DNA of 64,000 nucleotides from Dicyema japonicum (Eukaryota > Animalia > Dicyemida), in NCBI GenBank assembly GCA_011109175.1, contig RDEW01000012.1, forward strand, positions 1,277,220 to 1,341,219. The letters run 5' to 3'. This document shows, piece after piece, positions 36,030 through 48,872 of the stretch (the first letter of the stretch is position 1; every line of letters begins with the position of its first letter). The notes beneath the pieces were generated by a model, which saw only the letters and a program-made list of their open reading frames with translations, ran no database searches and was not told where the DNA came from. The position numbers were made by a program, and so were the translations under genes.

Positions 36030-37250
36030 ATTATTTAAAGAATAAGAGTCTCTGCTCAGATGGCTTGAATCGTGAATTTTTTAAATATGGAACGCAAAAA
36101 CTATACACGATGATTGCCTAAATTCTAAACGAATTGTACAGTAAAGGAGTCTCCTTTCCACTTGAGAAAGACTATTGATACCAGTACAGCTGCCATACAA
36201 AATAGCGGGGAAAGTTGAGAACCTAAGACATGTGGTTTAACCAACACATTGCGAAGATAATAGCCAATATTACGCTTCAAAGAATGGACGGACGTTTAGA
36301 CTCGTACCTGTCGGCTTATCATATTGGCTTCCGCAAAGCGAGATCAACGTCAGATGTGATATGGAGCCACAAATAGAGAAGTTCGACTGTTCAAAAATAT
36401 AAAATAACGACAACATTCTTGAGATTGATATGTCAAAGGCCTTTGATTCCGTCAACAGGAACAAGCTGCTGCAAATACTGGAGCACTTCTTAGAGGGCTC
36501 AACGATTAGAATGGTCAGGACACTCCCGACGGACACAAGTTTGATGGTCAGGACTGGGAAAGCTTCATCGAGGACATTTGAAACGACAATTGATACCCCT
36601 CATGAGATCCATTATCCCTGATTTTGTTCACGAGACTTGAAGCCTCACATCGGAGAAGGAACGAGCATAATAGCATATGCGGTTGACGTGGACTTTATTT
36701 CGAATAACAAAAAAGAGTTAATTTCACATTTGGAGAAAATATCTGATAAAATGGCTGAATGGTCATTAAATGGAAACACAAATAAAACCGAAATCACGGA
36801 GCTAAACAGAAGTTTGGAAAGGACCGAGAAGCACTGACGTAGATCAAAAACTAGGATCCCTTCTTGATGACACTAAAAATATAACACGAAAAAAGACACT
36901 AACTAATGTCGCATTCAACAAAAGGAAGAAGATTTGGCTTCTACACAAAGGGCTTGACTCTAAAACTCGTATGAGACTATACAATGCCCTAGTGATGCCA
37001 ATCCTATCATATACTGCCGGTACATTGGCACGTACAGGTCAGGAACTCGAAAAGTTGAATTCTCATCACACAAAACATCTCCGAGCACTCCTTTCGTCCC
37101 GAAGCTTTTTTAAAATGCCGTCTGAAATCTTATAAAAGAGAACAGGAACTAAGCCAATATCATGTGATTTTACTGTTTCAAGATGGAGACTGTTTGGACA
37201 CAGCCACGATGGGAGAGACCCCTGCCAACATAGCAATGGAGAAGTAAACA
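36030..37250 (+). mobile_element. RTE-clade LINE reverse transcriptase, decayed
   Basis: GFRKARSTSDVIW...IDMSKAFDSVNRNKLLQIL...IIAYAVDVDFIS...WSLNGNTNKTE...RLYNALVMPILSY...RWRLFGH across frameshifts. Confidence 0.88.
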
Positions 37251-37799
37251 TAATACATATCTATTATGTTTTCAAATTGGATGGAATTTGCGTCAGACGA
37301 ATTTAATTTAATATAACCTATGGTTCACGTTCGTAAAGATTAGAAATAGACGTACAAGTAGACAAATATGGTGGACAATAGACGTACAAGTCTTTCATAA
37401 TCTAAAATACATACAGGGAACATCGTGTAAGCCACTAGACCTTCTGGGTTCATGTAGTCCTGTAAATGTGTTTGGTGATCTACTCAGAAGCTTAGAAAGT
37501 GAACATAAACTTATTTTAGTTAGACATGCTCTCCTTTATCAATTATTTGCTTCAAATTTCTAGAAACTTGTTGATACTTGGTTTGCTTCAAATTCTGAAA
37601 TAAATCTCATACAATACCAGAATTTACTTTAGCTAGAGTCTCTTCAATTAATTCAATGTGAACGGTTCTTCTCAATCAACAATATAATTCAAAATACTCT
37701 TCTCTATTTTTACAAGCATTTTTTCAAATAACTTTTAATCCAAGACAAATATGTTCAATTGTGTTGAACAATAGATTATGGAAAAAAGAAGATGTCTTC

Positions 37800-37900
37800 C
37801 TACTACCTATTAAAACTGATGTTTCTCCAATTATTTCTATATAGAAATTAGGATGAATACTTTATTTTAACATTTAATTGTAATTTTATAATCAAATTAT
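37800..37900 (+). pseudogene. Diverged HP1 chromoshadow-region relic
   Basis: AAAACTGATGTTTCT...TACTTTATTTTAACATTTAATT|GTAATT matches the end of exon 3 and the intron-3 donor; homologous to ~60400-60640. Confidence 0.6.
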
Positions 37901-38039
37901 AGATAGTATAATTAGAATTGAAAATTGGTTTTGATTTCAAACGTTACGATTTTATAGGAATCTACTATGCAGTAACGTAATTAATGAAAAAAAAGTAGGA
38001 AACCAATTAACAAAAATCATAAGAGAAGATCTAACTAGT

Positions 38040-38582
38040 TTAATCAACTTTAGAAAGAAGATAATCAATTAATTCTTGTGGCCATTTTTCTCTTACGAAA
38101 TCTAGCGTAAATCTCTGTGCACTTCTCGAATTTCGTCTTTTTATTTAATTAAAAAATTACAATTTAATTTTAAAATAAAGCATTCCGTCTTTTTTATCAA
38201 AAGATAAAATTGAAGAAATATCAGTTTTATTACGTTTATCAAGTATAGTATCATCCTTTTTATAATTATTGGGTTCATTCGTGCTATTTCTACAAAAATA
38301 ATTATTTTGTAACTTGATAGGAAAATTGTCTTTAGTTTTAGATCGTGAACTATTCTTTTTATTTTCAAATTTAGTAATTAGACGAATGCAATTCAAATTA
38401 GAGAGTGGTTCCCAAGTGTTTTCTTTGCTTATATAAATATATTTAACACTTAACTACCTTGAGTAACCTTCCCATTTAACAAGATATTTCTTCTCTCCAT
38501 TTCTATTAACTTTTGAATCAATAATTTCTTCGACATCATATTCAATATCTTTTTTAGAACTCTTGTTAGATTTAAATGGCAT
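38040..38582 (-). CDS. HP1/Swi6-like copy F (EGYS subfamily), intact, 154 aa, introns of 30, 24 and 24 nt
   Basis: MPFKSNKSSKKDIEYDVEEIIDSKVNRNGEKKYLVKWEGYSSKENTWEPLSNLNCIRLITKFE...FTLDFVREKWPQELIDYLLSKVD*; 543-78=465 nt. Confidence 0.9.
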
Positions 38583-39399
38583 GACAACAACACACTTTAC
38601 GTTTTTTTTATTTTATTGCAAGATTAAATTTTTCTATTACTAATATTATAATTTTTTAATTAATTTTGACAAATCTTTTATTATTTCCACTACACTCATG
38701 GAGAAAAATTATTGACATAAATAAAACTATCTTAGAGAAACTAGTGCTTAATTTTATTGTGAGAACGTCATGAAAATTAATCCAAAGATTTTAAATTTTC
38801 TTGACATCTTTCTTTTCTTTTATTACTTATGTGTTATTTCATAAGAAAATCATGTTTCTGTAGTGAAACGTTGTCGTCAACTATCTAACTTTGGAGGATG
38901 CACGAGGATATATTTATCTATGATCAACTAATTTCATTATCATATTATTATGAAAATAAAAATATAAAAATAAAGTCATTCGTATTGGATAGAGTGAGAG
39001 AACTATCATGGCATACACTGGATAACTTGCAAAGGTCGCTGAACGGTAACATGATGCTTGAATGTTTTCTGTGATTAACAATTATCACTGAATCCAGACC
39101 AGATTGTTTCACAGTTCTTGATGATGCATAATATTAATCAACGGCTAAAAATCGCAAATAAAATTGCCGCTTTTTTACAAAAAGCGACTAAATCTCAATG
39201 AACACTTAGAACAGTTCGAAAGAATTCACACAGACCTTAATCAAGGCATCTGCATTACGAAGTCGTTTAAGCCTTGGGTTAGAATGTAGAGCTTCTGGAC
39301 CAGTCAACGTGAATTCAGAATTATTAAAATACGCGCCAGATTATTGAAATATGACCTTAAAAATATTACTTTTAAGTCTTAAAAAATTAAATATGACTT

Positions 39400-40300
39400 T
39401 ATTAATTTCTTGCAGTTAATGTTTTTTACTTAATTTTAATCAAATTTATTGAAATAAAGCATCAAATAATTTGTATAATTTTCATCATAAAAAATTTATA
39501 TCCTTTTCAAGCATTTTATTAACATGGAAGAACTTCTTTCTACCATAAAGTGTTCCAGCACATTTACATATAGCTGGAAAAATCTTTTAATTTAGCATTT
39601 TTGATATCTTTTAATGACATTTTACTTTCCTTTTTTCAAGATATAATTGAGATCACCCGGATCCTGATAAAATTTGATTAAATCTATAAATTTTATTGCA
39701 TCCATAATGGTAAAAAATTATATCGGCATTTACCTATTTCCATAAGAATTGGATGGCAGGCATCAAATCTGACATATTTTCTGATAAATTATCTGATTTA
39801 TTGAAGCTTTAGCGTTTTCCATAATTTTTCCACCAAATATTGACAGTAACTTTCACTGGGAATTTCATATTCCAATTTTTTAAAGAAATCAACTAATTTA
39901 CAGTTGTGGATTTTGTATAACATAATATTCACTTTGGTCATCTATTCGACCAATTCTATTCCAAACTCTGAATGTGTATATAATTTTTTTGAATTTAGAC
40001 AAATTTCTTAAGTCTGAACACTTGTGTTTCATTGTTTGCCGATGTTAATTCACATAAACTTTAATTGAAGTTTACATTGACTATCCATTTTAGACAATAT
40101 AAATTAACATTAAAATCACTCTCAAATTCACTTGGATATTTGATTATAACTTTTTAATTTGTTTGGTTTGACGAGTTTGATTTAGGCATCACAATAACAC
40201 TAAACTCAACGAGAAATAAGTAATTTATTATTTTATAACTTTATAAAAAAATTATAAATAAAATATGACTTAACATACGAGATATGACTTATAAGACCTA
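39400..40300 (-). mobile_element. Second hAT (CGGBP1-like) transposase relic
   Basis: MPKSNSS...YPSEFESDFNVNLYCLK.IVNV.F....HRQTMKH N-terminus with stops; clustered ATATGAC subterminal-like repeats. Confidence 0.55.
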
Positions 40301-40759
40301 AAAATGTATATTAAAATTAATAAAGAATATATACTTTTACTGAGGAAAAAAAGGGAGTAAACGATTACATAGAGGCTGCTCTCACTGCGTGGCTATTCCT
40401 CTCAGGATAGCGAGCTAGATTCGCTCAAATAACCAGCAGCACTCACGAGGGTCTATTAAATAATGATTATATTCATAAAAATCATTAATATGTTGCCCTA
40501 TCCATAACTAATGACAATGGCCATTTTTAGTCATGAAATGCCATTTTTAAAGGAAGGGTCATTTTTAAATTAATGAGTTAATAAATAAAAGTTTTATCGA
40601 AGAAAGAATATAGAGTAACAATTAATTATATAGAAGTTATTATTATTTTTATTTTACTAAAGAATGTTAATAATTTAGTTAGAAATATTTCCTTTTTATT
40701 AGCAAAGACGTCTTTTCTACGAGCAATTTAGTGTATGGGGTTCTTCAACACACTCTAGA

Positions 40760-41530
40760 TCATCCACAAATTTCGGTTCTGAGCTGTCCAGGTTACTTGT
40801 TCCGTCGTCCTGAGAGTCTTTGTTATACATTCTCGTATAGATATTATTTATTTCTTCTTTTGCTCATTAAATCTTTTGACAAAACCCGTCTTATTCCTAT
40901 ATGAAACAATCATCGACTCAAAAGTTTTACGTATAACCGATGATTGAATATACGTATAGGTTCTTTCGCATATGTTCAGAGATCTGGAATGGTCCCACGA
41001 GTGTGAGGTTACTAATCCATCCAAGGTCAGTACTATTTGGACAACCCTCACTTTCGCATGGTGTATTGATTCCAGTTCTTTCGATAAAAGGTCATACTTT
41101 CTCAATTTTTCGAATTCTACTTGTTGGAGATTTTGGGTGATGTTACACCCACTACAATCAACAGTATTTAATTTTTTATCGTAGATAAACAAATCTGATT
41201 TGCTGTGTTAATGTTTATATCTGTTTTGATGAAAGTATCAACTCTTATCTCTAACGAATCATTCATTAAAATTGTTTGCACTGAGTGGGTTTTTAAACTT
41301 CTTTCGTTTTTGAGACCGTATTCTTTGCAAAAATGAAAGTGAAGGCACCGTACGACTTCATTATGTCTTCTGACGTATTCTCCGTGCAACATTTTGCCAC
41401 ATTTTGTAGCACAATGATCGACGGTTTTCTTCTATTTTTACACAAGGTGCAAATCTTGTTCAGTTCTTCAAAGTAGAGATATCTGTCCTGGACTAAACAG
41501 AACAAGGCTTCCGATTTCGAAGTTAAATTA
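40760..41530 (-). mobile_element. R4/Dong-like LINE C-terminus
   Basis: LLFCLVQDRYLYF...CTLCK...MLHGEYVRRHNEVVRCLHFHFCKEYG...IRVDTFIKTD...QQVEFEKLRKYDLL. Confidence 0.85.
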
Positions 41531-41659
41531 TATAAAAATTAATTAAAAAAGTTTTTTCTTTATGAAGTTATAGATGCCATTTTGCCATTTTTGATTTTAA
41601 ATGCCATAATTTGTTTTAGTTGCCATAAATGCCATTTCATACATTTAATTAAAATTTTT

Positions 41660-42185
41660 TTTAAACAAAAATTTTTTTAACAATTAAACAAATGTCAGTT
41701 GAGGAAGCCTACTGCGTGGATTGCGAACGAGTTCCCTCGGAGTATGGCTATTCTTATCTTTTGTCTTAGCCATAACCCTTCTAGTTGATCCCTTTTCTTT
41801 CTGCAAGCAATCCTCCGAGTTCTTGCAAGAATTCAGCCGTCATTGGACCAACGGCTCCCGATGAATCGGTCGCAACAGGAGTAAATCAGTACCGATCCTC
41901 GAGGCAAAAATATTTTTTGATTTTTAGGTTTCCCGCAGTCAAAGCAGCTGCTCCAGGTGTTAGAACCGATTTAAAAATGTTCGTGCTTGAAAACGTGTCT
42001 ATGCAAGTTGCGTCCTAGACCAAAGATCTTCCAGACGTGAAGGGGAAAAGGGTCATCCCGTCAGGTCTCTTCCCATCTCCTCGATCAAAACCTACTGGTT
42101 CAAGCTGTGCTGGGAAGCCTGAAGCCTTCAGAGCTCTGACGATCACATCATTCAGAGCAGCATGACGTGGTCCCCTTCCGGAGCT
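41660..42185 (-). mobile_element. CRE-like LINE C-terminal endonuclease fragment
   Basis: [58 protein letters not shown]...PGAAA...KKY...SGAVGP...RGNSFAIHAVGFLN*. Confidence 0.85.
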
Positions 42186-42197
42186 AAATTTTAAATA

Positions 42198-42720
42198 AAA
42201 GGAACACGTCACGCTGCTGGACGATTTGATCGTCAGAGCTCTGAAGGCTACAGGCTTCCAATTACAGCTAGAACTAGTGTGTCTCGATCGAGGAGATGGA
42301 TAAAGAGCTTTTCCCTTAGACATCAATAAGATCATTTGGAATGAGACGCAATCTTTGTTTACAAATATTCAAGCACGAATCTTTTCATTTCGGCTCAGAC
42401 ACCAGGAACAGCTGCTTCGACCGCCGAATACCTAAAAATCAAGAAATATTCTTGTCTCGGGGATTGGTACAGATTTACTCATGTTGTGGTCTAGTCATCT
42501 CTAGCCGTTGGTCCAATGACGGCTGAGTTCTTGCGCGAACTCGGAGGAATGCTTGCCAGAAATAAAAAAGATCAACAAGAAGGGTTTTGGCTGAGACAAA
42601 AGATTGGAATGGCCATACTTGAAGGGAGCTCTTTTGCAATCCACGCAACCGGCTTTCTCAACTAACATTTGTTTCTTTGTTAAATAATTGTCTTTAATAA
42701 AAAAATAATTAAAATTAAAC
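42198..42720 (+). mobile_element. CRE-like LINE C-terminal fragment, head-to-head with the preceding copy
   Basis: [23 protein letters not shown]...DRGDG...PGTAASTAEYLKIKKY...GFWLRQKIGMAIL...IHATGFLN*. Confidence 0.85.
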
Positions 42721-42832
42721 ATAACACGTGTAGACTTCTATTTCTTGTTATTCCACGTTAGAAATAATACAATTTACTTTAAATGAACCATGTATGTCAG
42801 TTTGAACAACAATTTTAGGTCATAATTGCGAT

Positions 42833-43160
42833 ATTAATATTAATAATAACAGCTTTTTTCACGAAACCGTAATATTTATAGCTCCGCATAGGTAGGATAC
42901 ACACTTTATTCAAGTACGGAACAGTTAATTTTAACTAATGGTAGAACCAAGCATGATCTTTGCTTCTATTTCTTTTTCTTGTGTGTGGGTTTTTTTTAGA
43001 CTATCCAGTTCCGCAGTGAAGTCCACTGATGACGGCGTCACTCGTCAACCGTTTAAGTATCGTAGATGCTTGGAACATTCTACCAGGTGAACAGCAGCGA
43101 GAATCAAACCCGTAAGCTAAGTCTCTTTGCCAGACACCTAACCACTATGCCACCCGGTCA
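42833..43160 (-). mobile_element. Full-length tRNA-derived SINE with TSD
   Basis: A-box GGCATAGTGGTTAGG, B-box-like GGTTTGATTC, shared body and AT tail. Direct repeat (GGTC)ATAATTGCGAT at 42818-42832 and 43156-43170. Confidence 0.88.
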
Positions 43161-43690
43161 TAATTGCGATCAGGTTTCCAAAATTTTATTAGTAATTGTA
43201 GAAACCCAATACAATTTAGAAAGTAACCAGTTTTATATAAATTATCTTAAGAAAGCTCATATTAACTCAATTATTAATACATAATGCTCTCCAAATGAAA
43301 TCCAATGACCTGCAGAAATTACTGAGACAAGTGAGGGTGAATGTGGTAACGGGAATATCACTTAATGTATGAAGGACAGAGATTTGCCTTTCTATGTCAA
43401 ATTAATTTGGATTGACTTGTTAAAGAGGTACCTTAGTCAAGGACATCGATGCAGAAGCCATGTTATTTCGACTGTCCTTTATTATTATTATTTATAATAA
43501 TAAAGGTACAAATTAATTAATGTCTAATACATGTCCTAAGAAAAATCTCTAGTTATACTTTAAAATACTATTAGTGTAGCAGGTGGACAACTCCTGTAAG
43601 AGGAAATGGATGATTTTAGAGATTTAAAAAATTGTTGCAATAATACTTAGATTATGCAATCTATCATAAAATTTAGAGACCGATAAATTA

Positions 43691-45000
43691 TCATCGATTC
43701 GACAAACTAAAGAATATGGAATAATAAGTAAACCCAGAATCATTTTCGGCAAAACACAGTATATCGACTGACTCGTTGTCCATGACAGCAATCACCCAGT
43801 TATTCCTTACTATTTCTCTTAATTGGTCTTTGCCCCTAAACCAATAAATAGTCGTTGATTTAGTATTATCTATCTCACATGTTAGAGACATCATTTTTGT
43901 CTTATTTAATAAAATTATTTTATCTAGTTATTCAAAATTTTTGGTTTTTCTATTATTATTGTATTAATTATACTCATCAATTTTATAGTGACATATGTAA
44001 AGCTTAGAGATCTTGTTTCCAAACAAAGGGAAGCACAAAAAAGTTTCCTCTTTTTGTATGGTTGTTCGTTCAACATTTTTCTGAACGTTCAAAGTGCAAA
44101 TTTTGGCTGATTTTGGCTCACTTTAATAATAAATAAATTTGAACCAAAAATAGATCAAGTAAAACTCATCTATATGATCAAGTAAAAGTCATCTATATGA
44201 TCTAGTAAAACTCATCTATATGATCACACATACTGCTCTTGCGTTTACACCCGTTGGGTGAACGTTAGAATATTGACCCTCGTAATAATAACTTCCACAT
44301 ACGTCCCTTGATCCGAAATTAACTTGGAATGGAGAGCTTACTCTAGTTAAGAAGAACCCATCCATCATTATAGTCAAATTCGACCATCTGATGACACTCA
44401 CATATTGTGTAGACATATTAATTTCGCGAGTCCAAAAAAAAGAATGGCGAACCTAAAGACCTTTCCTTGATTTCCAATATCCTTTTTCCCTCACCTTGAA
44501 TATTATAACAACAATATTTCCTAACAACAATCGAAAGGATGTGGGATGTGGATTACACTCTTATCAATATCCACACAAAAAAAACTAGAAGTTATACAGA
44601 ACCAGTGACCGTGAATCTTATTTAACCGTGACAGATGACAGACACCTCATCGATGAGGAATACAGTAAATGTCATAAAAGTGATAAAACATCTCGCAGAC
44701 AGAACTTCTTAAAATTGACGAGGTTTTTTGAAAGCCCTCTAGAAGAGGAGACTTTGTCTATCATAAGTATTCTTGCAAATTGGAATACAAAATTTTTCCC
44801 TTTTGGATGCAATGACATTAGGATCACATACTTAAAAAGATACTTTTTCTCAACAATAAATAAATGAAATTTTGAATAATATGATAATGGAAGATTACAA
44901 GATCGAATATTGGAATAAACCAAATGTACTGCAATTAACAATTACGACTAATAACTCTTTAATTCCTCATGGCTTTTCCAATTGATCTCTGTGCGATAGC
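43691..45000 (-). pseudogene. Multi-Ig-domain surface protein paralog 2 (disrupted, no TM exon seen)
   Basis: SLTCEIDNTKSTTIYWFRGKDQL...ILCFAENDSG; colinear with 45410-45830 and with ~46300-46370. 5' boundary approximate. Confidence 0.5.
44153..44226. repeat. 23-bp minisatellite x3
   Basis: GATCAAGTAAAACTCATCTATAT repeated three times with 1 mismatch in each of the second and third copies. Confidence 0.9.
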
Positions 45001-45174
45001 GAGAGGCAACTTCGATAATTTTTGCAGGACTATTTTTGAATGAATTTTTTGTGTTTTTGAAAATTAAAATTAATAATAATTTTGTTTTCTTAAAAAATTT
45101 CTAACTAGTATTGCAGAAAATGATTGAACACACCAATTTTGTTAATTTTAATAAATCTTGTTAAAGAAACTAAA

Positions 45175-46960
45175 TTAAGTGTTACGGACTAGTTTGGAGT
45201 TCTTTTTTGTTAAACAAAAAACTAAATGATAAAACAATAATAAACCAATCAAAACGATGGAAATAGTAATAACTGCAAATATGGCTACTCCAATAATGAT
45301 ATTTTTTACGGTTCCATAATTATCTTCTGAAGTACCATTGGATCCTTTATATTGATCTTCATCATCAGATAATATTATCTGTATATTTTATAATCAAATC
45401 CATAATTTTTTTAGGCAAAACATATTATTTCGACTGACTCGTTGACCATGACAGCAATCACCCTAATATTCCATACTATTTCTCTCAATTGGTCATTTCC
45501 CCTAAACCAATAAATAGTCGTTGATTCGGGATTCTCAATCTCACATGTTAGAGACATTATTTTTGTTTTATTTAATAAAATTATTTTAATCTCGTTATTC
45601 AAAATTTTTGGTTTTTCTAATATTATTGTATTAATTATACTCATCAATTTTATAGTGACATTTGTTGAGCTTGAAGATCTTGTTTGCAAACAAATGGAAA
45701 CACAGAGAAAGTCTCTCTCTTTTTCTATGTTAGTTTGTTCAACATTTTTCTGAAATTTAAAAGTGTAATTTATGGCTGATTTACTTTATAATAAGTAAAT
45801 TTAAACCAAAAATAGAACTCTTGTATATGATCTCCTTAGTACAAAACTATCGGTTCGTCAGGAAACGCTCTGATAACATTTTTAATTAGTAGTGAGCCTT
45901 AATATAAAAAATGAATTTAATATAACTTTAAAACCTGAAATTGTTAAATTAATCTCCTTTGTGTTGATTCCGCTTATTTCATGGATGCACTTTATATTTG
46001 AATTGTTCATTGTAGAGCTTATGGAAATGAAGACATGTTCTCCTAATCTTTAAATTTATTAATTTACTTATTAGTTGAATATCCCAGTGGATTCTTCTAA
46101 TCCGTTAATCAAAATTTTAAAATTTTTTATCGGGAAACATCTCCAAGTTCTTAACACACAAGAAAGAAAAATGATCGTTTGGCCGTTTTTTGGACAATAA
46201 CTGTGGATTCAGTTTGTTCTAAAATTCATTGATTATACAAACTCAGTTCAATTTACTGTAATAGTTGGAGATGTAATAATTCAATCACAACCACTGTCAC
46301 GCCATATATACTGCTCTTTCGATGACACTCGTTCAATGAATGTAAGAATATTACCCCTTGTAATACTAACTTTTTTGATTTTAATTCATTGGGGATCATC
46401 TTCCTCCAATAAATTCTAGTTTAATGAAATAACGTTACTGAGTTCCGAAATGAGCTTCAGATCTGCACTGCATAGTAAGTCATGGATAAGAGTAAACTAG
46501 TAATCGAAGAAGTTCTGTGAATCTATGGTCGATTGTGTTCTCGACTAAAAATGTACTGCGAGTATTATCATTCACTACAATGTACTGCGAAGCATCGATA
46601 TAATAATATTCAATGAATAACATGAATTTTTCAGCAAAACTATCAATTATTATATACATGTATAGAATCAAATTTAACTAACATCTTTCTGACAACTTAT
46701 CTTCTTTGTCCTTTCAATTTTTATTTACGGGGATTTTAACCCAGATCATGTGTCTATCCAATGCTTCCATCAATTATTAACAACTCCGGATTTTTAATGC
46801 ATCTTGAGTCCGTCATTTTAATATTCTTCAAAAGAGAAAGAAAAAAAAATGATTTCGACATGTATTATGGGAAGTGGGATTGCAACCTATGTTGCAGCCT
46901 AAATTCCAGATAGACCTGAAAATAATAATGATTAAGATTAATTTAATCTCAAATATTGAT
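45175..46960 (-). pseudogene. Multi-Ig-domain type-I membrane protein paralog 1 (several stops and frameshifts)
   Basis: Ig-like KPKIL...SLTCEIENPESTTIYWFRG...IICFA.KNYG and GNILTF..V...EQYI...ITSPTITVN. TM helix IIIGVAIFAVITISIVLIGLLLFY followed by KKNSK. 24-nt GT-AG introns between domains. 5' end uncertain. Confidence 0.6.
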
Positions 46961-47029
46961 ATGATCAACCAATTAACAAAATTATGTTGGAATCAACTAC
47001 ATATGCTTTACAGATTTCAAATCTAATTG

Positions 47030-48870
47030 GAATTGTAGTAAGTCCTCATGCAAAATTCGCAGTCATATGGCTGAATTGACGATAGTATCGATAACAAACT
47101 TGTTCTTGCTTCCTAATACTAGACAGAATTAATGGAAAACAGTTGAAACATAAAGCTATAGTCTCATAAAATACGAAGCGGAGAGGCTACATACGAAGAA
47201 TCTACTAATCTTCGATTTAGGACAATTTAGAGGAACAGCATCATCTCCATTAACGAAATCAACCATGAAAAAAATATGGGAGGAAATAGTCGTTGCTCCT
47301 TTCACAAAACTCTGCTCAAATCGGTAATCAAGATCAACTAGCCTATGATGATCTTTAATCCAATTTTATAATAAATGCAAATCCGTTATACTGTTAGATG
47401 ATTTTTTTTCAAATCAAGATGGAGCCTCTTTGCTATGAGTTACATCTAAATGACTAGGTCTCCGCAAATTCACTCCGCCATATCTCTTGTTGATATTAGT
47501 TTTGTGTTATCCGATTTGTATTTTCTGGTCCCAATCCAAAGTGTTCTTGTGTCTTGCAAGTGATTATAAAAATTATTGTATAAAAGTAAGTTGAACGGCG
47601 TGCAAAATTGTAACAGCGAATCAACAGTATGGTTTCGACAATTTCTTCCGTGTGTTCCAATGCATGTTTCCCTTGGTTTGACTTTCGAGCACTGGCGTTC
47701 CAGTCCGCGGCGAAAAGAAGATAAAAGGGCGTGAGAGTAAAGTAAATGCGTCCAGCTCTTCTAAATTTGTTAAGATTCTCGCTCCGGTAGGGGCACATAC
47801 ATTTATAATGGACTAGGTTGAATTTTTTATCCATATTTGAATTGCAGTACTGCGACACGGTCTGTTTCTGTTCACACCCTTATAAGACAGTTTAAGGTCC
47901 TAATGGATTGGAAATCTGAGATTATAAGGTCGGCAGGCAGATGAGAAGGTAAAAATGTGAAATTTGCCTACAGTTCTATACATTTTGAGTCATTTTTGGC
48001 TCATATAGACAGCATAAAAAATGTTGTATTTTGTCAGATGCATGACAGTTGCTGCTTTTGTAAGGTTGTTTAAGTCTTTTGCAATTAAAAGTTCCAAGAG
48101 TGAACAGAGAAATCGGTAAGGAATACTAATAAGATATAGTGCAATATAAACGTCGTCATTCAAAAAAAGAGATAATTATTTTAGAGTAGAGTTTTGAATT
48201 TTTCATATTTTTTCCGAAGTTTGTTATTGATAAGATGGTCACCAGTCAGGAAAAGCATAGTTCATGGTTTTTCTAAAATTCGTATGTTGATTATCATCAA
48301 GCCCTCTTTGTTATGACTAAATGTCGAATCTGGAATTGTTAAGAATTTGATTATCTTAGATTTTTTGATACATTCATGTTTTGAAAATGACAATGAAATA
48401 TCTAATCTCACTCCCAGAATTTTAGAGTGGTTAGTTCCAAAATAGATCTTTATTTAAAAAAAAGTTAATTCCATTTTGAGTGAACGTTGAGTAACGAAAG
48501 AGTTAGGACTTAAGTCCCTTAATACTGAGGGTGAGATTAGAAACTTAGAAGTAAAACGTGATTACATTGATAATTTGGTCAATCAGAGAAGATATTTTGT
48601 CAATATGTTCTTGCAGTTCCGTATGAGGAAGTTCCGGTTTCGTTAATATCACTTTTTTTAAAAAGGTTTACTATTTAGGATATATAATTAAATCACTTAG
48701 TTTTCGCCCTACCTTTAGGAAACTTTTGGACAAGAAGATTTTTAATATAAAGTTTTTCTATCTTAGTAATGTTGGAACTTACTTTTCTTACTTTTTAGAC
48801 AATCTTACAAACTGATTCTCATTATCAATAAAATACAAACTGGAATTACTTAAAATAATGCTTTACAAAA
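47030..48870. repeat. Older, diverged version of the array unit (LINE-relic part); 47030-47900 is nearly identical to 55720-56590
   Basis: Same order of jockey relic, RTE-APE relic and second/third jockey relics as the 3.8-kb unit, with many substitutions. Confidence 0.8.
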
Positions 48871-48872
48871 TT

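Noticed and set aside
38040-38042. Ciliate/dicyemid genetic code (TAA/TAG = Gln), suggested by the tiny introns
   Set aside because: HP1 copies end at the same codon with TGA or TAA (F, H), and no conserved exon needs TAA/TAG as a sense codon.
44153-44226. CRISPR-like or regularly spaced repeat
   Set aside because: Head-to-tail minisatellite with no spacers, in a eukaryotic context with no cas genes.
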